64,000 nt of DNA from Convolutriloba macropyga (taxonomy: Eukaryota). Positions 53,408 through 64,000 of the stretch are shown piece after piece (position 1 is the first letter of the stretch; the number at the start of each line of letters is the position of its first letter). The stretch is taken from NCBI RefSeq assembly GCF_964194025.1, contig NW_027451610.1, positions 1-64,000 on the forward strand. Reading direction: 5' to 3'. A model generated the notes under the pieces. The model saw only the letters and a program-made list of their open reading frames with translations, was not told where the DNA came from and ran no database searches. A program made the translations under genes and the position numbers.

Positions 53408-54202
53408 TTTTTTGTTCAGTGTAGTTATGCCTGATCTTCTTTCTTTAAACTCTTAATTCCTCTGTTTTCTCTGGCTTAAGTTTACCTTATACATTAAAAC
53501 AGGGTTATCACTCACAGGGCAGCAATCAAGCCAATTATGCAAACAAAAAAAAATTAGGTTTGATTATTAACAGTTGAAATTTGAATTCAAAATTTTCGAT
53601 GCTCTTAGAACCTAATATTGATCTAGAGATTACATTTATCTTTGAGAGCAAGAGCAGAAGTTAAATAGACAAATCGCTGGTCTGCTTCAAAAAAACTGTT
53701 TGATTGGTATTTTCCTTGGTTTAGTTATCATTTGTGATAATATCTATCCCAACTTTCTTGCTGTCAGTATACTTGCTCTGCCATTAATTCAAAAAATTTT
53801 AAATGGGCGCTTTGAAATTTTGATCCAAACTGTTTCAACCCCCCCTCCAGCTTCGTTGCCCCCCCCCCCCCCGGCGCCTCTGCTATTTTTTTCATATTAA
53901 CATGCTATATAACCATACATAATTTGTAACTGGATGGCATAAGAAAAACTTGGGGGACAGAATAGATAACGCAATTTCATCACCATATGCTGAAGAGTAA
54001 TCAAAGCGCATTTAATTTGCTTTTTGTACAAAACAGTATAATATTAGCAAAACTGAGCAGTGTTTGAATATAAATTATCTTTCGAAACAAATTCCTTCTC
54101 GCTGAAGTGTTCGGTTTGAGAAATTATTAAGAACTTCAACTTTCTTCAAAAATAAATTTTACGTTATCACTGCTTAAATGAACTTTGGAACTTTCTAGTT
54201 AA

Positions 54203-54547
54203 GAAATTGTTGACAGCAAAAACAAACAAAATTCTGCCTGTCACTCTCAATGACAGATGCTTGACTGCTCATAGTAGATGATTGAATGCTAGATTTGATT
54301 TTACTCAGACTAAAATTAAATCTAGCGTGAGTAAAATTAAATCTAGCATTCAAGCATCTACTATTCCATATTTTGGAGGAGAAATTTTGTCCGATGACCA
54401 ATATCAAAATAAAAAGATTCTCAATTAAGTTTTTCGTTTCATCTGCAAATGTTGTTACCACTGACAAGTTAGTCGTTTGCTTAGACCGACCGTCGTCATT
54501 GAGACTGACCGGCAGAATTTTTGTTTGTTTTTGCTGTCAACAATTTC
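54203..54547. mobile_element. MITE with ~50-bp terminal inverted repeats
   Basis: GAAATTGTTGACAGCAAAAACAAACAAAATTCTGCC... is mirrored at the right end. Confidence 0.65.
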
Positions 54548-56032
54548 TCATACATACTGCAGACATATATCTGCAGGATGTATGAGAAATACATAGAGTT
54601 TATACAAAAGAAAATTAAACTTGACTTAATTTGGTCATTTAGGAGCTGATAAGTTGTCTCATGAGAAATAGGTGACCAAACGACTCAAAAAGTGGGTGCT
54701 AATCGGAAAGTCTTGCTATTCCTACATAAAAACTCTAGCTATTAGGGTGAAAATGAAACTTTTGTTTCCCCCTGTCTCAAGACTTAAGGAGCTGTTCCCA
54801 TTATAGTCGCACCCTCCTCGCTTAATTAGGCTAAAGTGTGCTGCCCACGCATTCCCTAAAAACAATCTGAAGCAATCTCAAAATTTTTTAATCTGCAGTA
54901 AAAATCATATGTCAATATGCAATAAACGAGGCAAGGAGGCCTATTTGGCTATGCTTCCGGGCTATTTTTCCTAGAGGTGAGGGTGGGGGTGAGGCAATAA
55001 TTGTAGGAAGAAGTTGATTAAAATTTAAATATGATTTTAGAATTGTGGAAGAAGTGACGGAGTGGGAGACAGGCAGATTTCTCCACCAGAATACTCCGCC
55101 TCCCTGCCTCCCCCCGCATACACAGAGAACTCACTACAGGTATTCCTTACCGAAGTCACCCCTTCAGACTTGATATCGAATCAAATTCCCATCTTGCAAA
55201 AATTTTAACACGAAAGTTATATTTATTCATTTTTCAAAATATAGTTTTGCTGCAATCATTGCTGTAGGCATTAAAACTAAAGCGAATGGAAATAAATTTT
55301 CCGTTCATCAAATTATTCTATCGTAGTTGACTTTTTTGATCTGACTATAATACATATTTCCTGTTGACCTTAAAAGGACATGCAGGAATCCTAATAGTCA
55401 TGCAGAGTTACATGCGAATTGCATTATTTCCCGGTAGCCACACAAAGATGATATGTATGCTTCCCTTATTATCATACAAGAATAGCATTACAATTTTTGG
55501 GAGTCAAAATTGTGTAATTTTTTTATTAATTGAAAACTTTGAAAAAATTTCCTAGTAATCATACAAAGTCATATTTATTATCATAATAAAAAATTGAATA
55601 GAGCTTCAAAATGCAGTCGGTGGCCACTTGAATTCTTATGTTGCTCTAACAGTCAATTTACTAAAAGCTTTAAACCCACAGAAAAAAAATAAATTTTTTT
55701 GCTTCTATAATTTTATTTCTGACATTTATTGAGATAAAATTAACTCAAATTTCAAATTTCCATATAAGGTTTAATTATGTCTTTATCTGCAGTAAAAACC
55801 ACAGAACTTTATGTAGCTTATGCAAAATGTATCTTGTAACTATAAGCTAACACAATGCAAACATTTTTACAAAGTGCTTGTGTGAGCTCTTTTGAGATTT
55901 GGAAAATGTTGACTCTGACTCATTTTGGTAAGTTCTTACAAATACGTTTTAAAAAACTGAAAATAAAATTTTTTTGATTTCGAATTCATCATTCTAGGTT
56001 CATATACGAGTTCCCAGTAAGGATACATTGAT

Positions 56033-56145
56033 ACATACATTATAATACATATATTATAATGAAACATATATATATTATAATGAATACATATATTATATAT
56101 AATACATATATTATAATGAAACATATTATAATCTGTAATAATATA
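56033..56145. repeat. AT-rich ATACATATATTATAAT tandem repeat
   Basis: About 5 degenerate copies. Confidence 0.7.
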
Positions 56146-56427
56146 TGGTACTAGTATGACTACAAGGAATGCGCCACCCGGATCAGTGGAAAATATTGTG
56201 AATGCTGCCTTTTTCAACTTTTCAGCTAAACTATAAACAATATTTTCAATAGTAGAGTAACGGTTTTTCTCCAAATTTATGTTTTGCATTTTATGCAACA
56301 ACTTGAACAAATATTAAAAAGGATTGTTTAATTTTTTGCATCAGTTCAAGTAACTACCACTCAGTAGACATTGGCTTGTTCAAAGCATGCTTAGAGAGCA
56401 TATTTAAGCATGTTATAGGCAAGCCAG

Positions 56428-57504
56428 GTCTTGGCCAAGACTTGCATTTAGACTTGCACGTCTTGGCCATGACTTATATTTAGACTTGCATGTCTTGGCC
56501 AAGACTTGCATTTAGACTTGCACGTCTTGGCCAAGACTTGCGTTTAGACTTGCACGTCTTGGCCAGGACTTACATTTAGACTTGCATGTCTTGGCCAAGA
56601 CTTGCATTTAGACTTGCACGTCTTGGCCAAGACTTGCGTTTAGACTTGCACGTCTTGGCCAAGACTTGCATTTAGACTTGCACGTCTTGGCCAGGACTTG
56701 CATTTAGACTTGCACGTCTTGGCCAAGACTTACATTTAGACTTGGATGTTTTGGCCAAGACTTGCGTTTAGACTTGCACGTCTTGGCCAAGACTTGCGTT
56801 TAGACTTGCACGTCTTGGCCAGGACTTGCATTTAGACTTGCACGTCTTGGCCAAGACTTACATTTAGACTTGCATGTCTTGGCCAAGACTTGCATTTAGA
56901 CTTGCATGTCTTGGCCAAGACTTACATTTAGACTTGCACGTCTTGGCCATGACTTATATTTAGACTTGCATGTCTTGGCCAAGACTTGCATTTAGACTTG
57001 CACGTCTTGGCCAAGATTTGCGTTTAGACTTGCACGTCTTGGCCAGGACTTGCATTTAGACTTGCACGTCTTGGCCAAGACTTACATTTAGACTTGCATG
57101 TCTTGGCCAAGACTTGCATTTAGACTTGCATGTCTTGGCCAAGACTTACATTTAGACTTGCATGTCTTGGCCAAGACTTGCATTTAGACTTGCACGTCTT
57201 GGCCAAGACTTGCGTTTAGACTTGCACGTCTTGGCCAGGACTTGAATTTAGACTTGCATGTCTTGGCCAAGACTTACATTTAGACTTGGATGTTTTGGCC
57301 CAGACTTACATTTAGACTTGCATGTCTCGGCCAAGACTTGCATTTAGACTTGCACGTCTTGGCCAAGACTTGCGTTTAGACTTGCACGTCTTGGCCAGGA
57401 CTTGCATTTAGACTTGCACGTCTTGGCCAAGACTTACATTTAGACTTGCACGTCTTGGCCATGACTTGCATTTAGACTTGCATGTCTTGGCCAAGACTTG
57501 CATT
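56428..57504. repeat. 32-bp minisatellite, about 34 copies
   Basis: Unit GTCTTGGCCAAGACTTGCATTTAGACTTGCAC; first and last palindromes are exactly 33 x 32 bp apart. Confidence 0.95.
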
Positions 57505-57775
57505 ATACTGACAAGTGTTAAAACTGACATGTTCATAGTTCTGAATCAGTACTGATATAAAACTTGCAATTTGACGTGCCCAGTACTGATGTTGACTTGC
57601 CGTTGAGTCCGGGCAATCATCAGTAAACATAACGACGAAAACAATTAACTCTATTAACATTGAACGAGAAGCGGTGTTTTGATGCTGACTCCCCACAGTG
57701 TATTATACGATCCCAAGTCGCTTTTTGATCACCATGATGTATACACACATTTTTTTATTTTACAATTCCCTCACC

Positions 57776-58083
57776 CCACATACAATCGACAGTCTGGGTC
57801 TGGGTTCCATCGCTAAGTTTAACAAAGTTTTAACTCCTGCTGACAATGTTGTGCTAATATCTATTTTAACATTTGGAGCTTTGTATGCGGTACAGCAGTC
57901 ATGCATCATTGTAGTGGTCGTTTCTATGTATTTTTAATGCATCCCATAAGAATTGCCGATCTTGTCTCCATGACAGTACAGAGGAAGAATTTTTTTTTAC
58001 TCTCTGTGCAAAACACATTGTCGTGCCAGCACTCAAACTTAGGTCGGTTTGCGGCGGGTAACCATACTTTTGTCAATTTCCAC
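57776..58083 (-). pseudogene. Merlin (IS1016/IS1595-like) DDE transposase relic
   Basis: Frameshifted hand translation VEIDKSMVTRRK...FFLCTV...ILMGCIK..IETTTTMMHDCCTAY...Y*HNIVSRS*NFVKLSDGTQTQTVDCMW follows the order VEIDES..RRK / SD.W.AY / H..VNHS.NFV....HTQ.IE..W. Confidence 0.65.
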
Positions 58084-58309
58084 TAAATATACTGTTATCG
58101 ATTCTCACTTTTTAAACCAAACTTTGACAGTTTTTACAAAGTTGGACATAGGAAATCAACATTTTTGCCATTGGGGTTAACAAAATGTAATGAAAAATGA
58201 TAGGCGAGCATTAAGTTTGTTGCGGGTCATAAAATAGTCTGCCTAAAGAAACGGGGGACCCAAGCAAAATTGATCTGTTTTTTCTTTAACAAAATGTGAT
58301 TGTCTTTGA

Positions 58310-60030
58310 GCTATGTATTGTAAAGTTACCTGAAAATTTCGTTGAATTACAGAAATCCCAACTAGTTTAGAAAGTGAAAATATGGAAAAATAAATGTCTA
58401 TATGAGACTGAGGTCGATCACGCATTTTTCAAAACAACGCCAATGATCTAATAAAACCGACTAGTGTGAAACAAAGTGGTCCTGATCGACAGGATGTGGA
58501 ATTCAGTTTAGCTAACATAGAAATTAATTTTTTAAGTGTGCAAAACAACTGACAGAGTTTGAACCCTTACCTGCAGTTTGAAAAATCAATCATTCAGCTA
58601 TACCAATTTTGCTCATTTATCGGTTAAAATCACTTTTATGTTGTCAACAGACTTAATTCCGGCATGAGAATAAATTAAATGATGCAAGAATTAAGAAGCC
58701 AAGCGTAAAATGTGCACTTGATAGCGAAAAATGCTTAAACACATAGAAAAGGCGAACAACTTTAAAACAATTGCTGCAAATGGCAACTATAGGTATTGTG
58801 TTTCACGTCAACTTTAAGAAGGATGAAAAAATTAAGAGGGTAAAGCCGCGCAGAGTACAAATGAAAACTTTGCACAGTCAGTTTTCAATTCAATTCAGAA
58901 AATTTTTCAAAAAACTTATTATATTTTTTTATGTATTGTAAAATGTTTTGTCTTAACTGTTTTGTTTTAATTGGAGAGAGGAAATTATAGCGCAGTCTTA
59001 CTGTGTGCTTGGACTTACTTCTCCTATAACCAGTTTTTAATTTGACTAGAGAGAGTTTTCCAACAATTTTTATGCCATTTTCGTTTTTAGAACGCCTTAT
59101 TAAATTTGGTAAGGCCTTAGTATGGCTCTTTATCAAGCTTGAGACGGCCTTAGTACGCACATTATTAATCTTGATAATGCCTCAATACGGTAACTTAGAA
59201 ATGTTTGTACGGTTTTTATCGATACGCTACCGCCTTACTAAGTTTTCAAAGTTCAGACAACTGTTGCGTAGCTTTATTAACCTGAGTACGGTAGTTATGT
59301 TATGAACTTTGCCTTCATTGAACCAACGCCAAGCCATTTTCGAAGAACATATATACAAGTCTAAAATCATAACCACATCAGATTGCAATTGATTAAAATT
59401 TAAGATTACAATTGACTGTTTCCAGACATGTCTGGAATGCGTAAAACCTATGCAACGTCTGAAAATGAGTACTTAGACTACAAATACCCAAAAATAGGAA
59501 AAGATGTATTCCCCCAATAAGATGGGAGACCGAAACAAGATAGATTATGTTTTTTCAACATTTTTTGGTTGGCTTTTTATGTACTGTAAAGTTACCTGCA
59601 AATATCTTTAAATTAAAGTAATCCCACTTATGTAATTTAATAGTCATTTTGAGACTGAGGTAGAACATGCTTCATTAATAAAACTCTCGCAAATGAACAA
59701 ATATAAATCAATTAACGTCGGACAAAATGCTATCGAATGACCGGAGGAGAAATTCAACTTAGATAGTGTAGAATAACAATTTTTTAGGCATGCAAAGCAA
59801 CTGATATGTTTTCGGAACTTTACCAGCAGTCTCGGAAATCAATCACTCAGCTATCTTAACTTGGCTCATTTATCGCTTTCAATCACTTTTATGTAAGCAA
59901 TAGACTTAATTTTGAAATGAGAATAAAATAAATCACGCAAAAATAATGAAGCCAAGCGTACAAAAGTGCACTTCATAGTAAAAACCGTTTTTATAACCAG
60001 AGCAAAATCAAATGCATAGAACAACGCACA
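58310..60030. repeat. Old direct duplication (~58310-58765 and ~59575-60035)
   Basis: Shared TGTAAAGTTACCTG, TGAGACTGAGGT, AATCACTTTTATGT, GAAGCCAAGCGTA. Confidence 0.75.
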
Positions 60031-62286
60031 ACTTTAAAAAAACATTCGGCAAAATTCTTGAGAGAGCAACTAGGAAATTGCCTAAATAAGTTTGAAAAAC
60101 AACTTCACGCACGCAATGTTGTCAAGAAATTGCAGTGATGAACGAAAAAAAACATAGCAGAGCACGAAGAGTACCGAGCCGCAACTCAAACAGTTGAGGA
60201 AAACTATTAATTAAATATTTAGCAAAATATACTTTAATGGCCAATGAAGAACTTTAACCAACAGACAAAAAAGAGAAAATCAACTCAAAAAGAGAAACTT
60301 TTTACCATTTTTGACAACAAAAGAACAACAAGTGCCGGAAAAACTCAAAAACTATTTAGAGATAAAGAAAAACAAATTGTTAATTTTAAAACTCTTAGAA
60401 AAAGAAATTAATTAGATAGATTTTAGATATTAACAAAAAGAACAAAATTAGGCATTTTCATTTATGTATTTTGAAACAAAACCATGTTTTGTCATGTTCT
60501 GTCGGCACTAGCCACAAAGGCAACAATGAGAATCAACAAATACATGCGGCACAATCAGATTTTTTAATGAAGATGTATAGCATAATTGTCAGCAAATGTT
60601 AGTTTTCCATTGAACTTTGATAATCTTTTGAAAAAAGTGGATTTCTAAAATTCTCTTTTTTTCCAATCCTTTGTGGCTAAATTTAATACTAAAAGCTGAT
60701 TTTTCGCTGACATACAAAATGTCGAAAAGAGAGGGAAGAAAAAGTAGACAGAACAAAATCAGGAAACGACTCAAAAGCGTCGTTGACAATAATTTCGCCC
60801 TTCAATTTACGAGTATATAGTGGCGGAATCCGTCAAAATAGAGAAATGACAACATTAAGTTGAATAGCAAAATAGTCAAAAGTTAAAATTATTCTAAAAA
60901 TCAGCAAATTTCAACTATTTTTCATATATTACTTGTAAGCAAACAAACAAAAAAATGTTTTTCAAGCGGTTAAGTCGAGAAGCATTGCACATTATTACAC
61001 AAGGTATAATAAGCACAGAAACATAAGTCATAAGTCAAAAATGAGAGAACACAAAGAAAACAAAAAACATAGAAAATAACTGATTGGTTCACAAAAATAT
61101 CTATTTCAGCTTTTAATAAGAAATACCACCACGTATTATGCGTCTCTCCAGTTGACAATAGCTGGAAAAAATGAATACAATGGGAAAAAAATTGTTTAAA
61201 AAGCCCAAAAATGCGCAAAAGTTTGAAGAGCTTTGGAATTAGCTCAAAAAAGGGCTCCTTTTAACTAGAAGAAACTACAAAACGCAATCCGACAACAAGA
61301 TAAACATTTTTTAGTCTAAAACAACTTTTTATTCAACATTAAAATCCTCAAACAAATCAAAAACGAATACAAAAACAAAAAAAGCTGAAGGTTAAAAAAA
61401 TGCTTGCTCAGCATATTTGCCGCTGCTATTTGTGCTCTTTTTTTAAAAAGAAGTTTTGAAATAAAATGACAACCCGCCTTTTTCTCCGCTTTCTGAATTC
61501 GTTCACAGAAACAAATTTTTAAAACCTGTTCACATATTTTTTATTTTTTGCTTGTTCATTTGTCAAAAAATAGATTAGGCGGAAGCCTCATGACTTAACT
61601 CAAAATTTATTTATGCCCCAGACAAACAAAGCAAAACAAAAAATTTTTTCAACCATTCTAGTCATTTTTACCAATCAACTCTTCTAACATACTTGGGGTT
61701 ATTAAAAATGGCAACCTTTACCTTCTCCTCAAATTGCGTCAAGCTAATACTTGTTAGAACAATAAATTTTTTATACTAGTTCTTCTCAATCCTTTGTCAG
61801 CTCAAAATAAACAAGCGCAAAATAAACAAAAATAACAAAACAAAACAAGAGAAGAAACTAGGTTTGTGTAACATTCAAATGTCTCATCTCAGTAAGAACA
61901 CCCAGAATATCAGTCAAATAAGCTATTCAGCACAAAAAACTAATCAAATGGGAAAAAAACAAAGAATGACTGAAAAATATATCAGACCATTTGAAAAAAG
62001 TAACCAAAATATCTCAAGAAATAAAAAAACTCCTACAGCACTATGAAAACTTTGAAGAAAGCCAAAAAACTGCTTTAAAGTTTTCTGAAATGCTTAACAG
62101 GCATTTATAGCTTAAATTGCTTTAAATAGTCAAAAAGATTGTCATTGTGTTCAAAAACAGCGGAAAATATTTAATTGATGCTTAGCATAATAGAATTATC
62201 AAGCACCAATTATACCAAATGAAAGCACCAAATTATCAAGCACCAAATGAAAAAACAACAACAGGATAAGATAAGTGGAAAAAGGT

Positions 62287-62822
62287 CCCAGGTTGAGGTC
62301 CAGACCCAAATTTTCTTCTGATCAGACTTTCCAGACCGAAATCATATTTGATCAGACTTTCCAGACCCAAGTTGCCTCTGATCAGACTTTCTAGACACAA
62401 GGGTATCTGATCACACTTTTCATACGCGTTCTGATCAGACCATCTTCAGACCATACTCCAGACTCAAATTGAGACCATTGCCCAAACCTTAATCAGACTA
62501 TGATCAGACCCAATTGCGTTCGAAAACATTTCTGATCAGATCCAAGTGCGCTCGAAGAGGTTATGATCAGACCCAATTGCGCTCGAATCTGCCTATTATC
62601 AAACATTTCAGACCAAATTGACCTCTGATCAGGCCATCTTCAGACAATGGTCCAAACTTTTCAGACCAAAATGAGCTCTGATCAGACCATCTCCAGACTA
62701 TGGTCCAGACTGTAGTGCGCTCGAACTTCCGTCCAGACCTGTAATTTTGGTCTGGGAACACACGGGTGTGCGCTCGACTGGGTCTGATCATAAACCAATT
62801 TGCGTCTGGACCTCAACCTGGG
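62287..62822. mobile_element. Non-autonomous TIR element (CMC/EnSpm-like)
   Basis: GT|CCCAGGTTGAGGTCCAGAC...GTCTGGACCTCAACCTGGG|GT: perfect 19-bp TIR, non-palindromic 2-bp TSD, internal TGATCAGAC repeats. Confidence 0.8.
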
Positions 62823-63063
62823 GTTAAGTTAAAAATAAAAAATGCAATGATAAAAAATCCGCAGGTGTTGAAAAAATTTCCATTGATTCGGTTTTGGACA
62901 CCACAAGATCTCACATGAGTATCATCAGTTGATCAACATTGACCAATGTTGCGCAAGATCAAAATATATTTGCCGTGTGAACCCTTCCGAGATAAAGTTT
63001 CTATTGCACCCTCTGAAATATTTTATTTGAATTAGTTTGAAAAAAGTTATCCTATTTTTATAG

Positions 63064-63372
63064 ATCATGCCCTCAGAAAATTCTCCACCCTATCCAATTG
63101 GCCCGACGAATTGCTACGACTCGTCACTTCCGACAAATTCACAATCGTACCCTCAAATCGGGTTCCATGCACCTGTAGCCGCTTGTCCTATTGGTTTCCA
63201 TGTCCAGTCCTTTTCCAGCCATCAACCCGCCTTTACAGCTGGACAAATGACAGGTGGAGACGCCACTCAAATGCCTCCTGTTGAAGAAATGCCACCAAGT
63301 TATGAACAAAGCAGCTACGGAACCAATTATGGGCCACTTAATAATTATGGATTTGTTGCTAATTCAAACTAA
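63064..63372 (+). CDS. Shisa-like protein, last exon (Pro-rich tail with PPxY motif)
   Basis: Acceptor TTTTTATAG|ATC, phase 0; SPPYP and MPPSYEQ; the join to exon 1 across an 18.7-kb intron is inferred from phase and family architecture. Confidence 0.6.
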   Translation: MMPSENSPPYPIGPTNCYDSSLPTNSQSYPQIGFHAPVAACPIGFHVQSFSSHQPAFTAGQMTGGDATQMPPVEEMPPSYEQSSYGTNYGPLNNYGFVANSN

Positions 63373-64000
63373 ACTCTTTCAGGAACTTTTAACGCGGGTC
63401 GAGGTGTTAACGTCATCCCTAGTTGAGAAGACTGAACAAAAACGATGAAGTATTTGTAAGACATCTTCGGTATCTGCGGTTCCAAACTTAAGAAAGCGTC
63501 GGTACGTTCGGTTTGTTCAGTATTGTCGGTTTCGAACGTAAAAAAATTCGGTATCGCGTTTTACACGCAAGAGAGATTCAGTATGTTCGGTATTTAAACG
63601 TAAGAGATCGTCGGTATGTTTGGTTTTAGACGTAAGAAAATGTTCTATTTTATGCCATAGTGAATTCTGATCTTTCTGTTTTGATGTATTCAGTCGCACC
63701 TTAGGATAGCCTTCTTTTTGCAAAAATTTCAAATGTATTTCTTAGAGACATTTCTTCAGGAATGCGCGAAGTGATTGAAAATTCTTCTTTATTTCGGTCA
63801 CAAAACTAAGTGATTGAATATAGATTCCTTAGTTGTTTCTGAATAAAAAAAACGTAACATACTTGTTGCACATTGATGAGAATTCTGTCAATTAATTGGC
63901 ATCCACCGAGTTTTTTCATGATTTTTTTGTAATTTTCAAGCAAAGTTTTTGATGGTTAGTTACGTTGAACTCGATCATGCCGAACTATATTGTTCGTCTG

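Noticed and set aside
56428-57504. CRISPR array
   Set aside because: Palindromic repeats have no unique spacers, there are no cas genes, and the context is eukaryotic.

Overview
AT-rich eukaryotic (probably invertebrate animal) genomic DNA with two assembly gaps. Two spliced host genes lie on the + strand. The first is a 7-exon orphan class A GPCR (5014-29376, about 581 aa, splice phases consistent by hand). The second is a probable 2-exon Shisa-like/WBP1-VOPP1-CYYR1-type single-pass membrane protein (44061-63372). Their introns are packed with transposon debris: many CCC...GGG-ended non-autonomous DNA elements, a decayed full-length Gypsy LTR retrotransposon (46013-52923, - strand, 5-bp TSD GGCAG), a second gag relic, a Merlin transposase relic, a 32-bp palindromic minisatellite and local duplications. 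The most interesting feature is a miniature non-coding LTR retrotransposon (TRIM) in a tandem array at 8795-9850, with a solo LTR at 28678-28963. Its 286-bp LTRs each carry a tRNA-like Pol III unit, and its primer-binding site is the copia-type half-tRNA-iMet site. Second, the Gypsy element sits between a TATA box and a tRNA-type A box inside a DNA element, which resembles Ty3 targeting. All calls were made by eye; no alignments or database searches were run.
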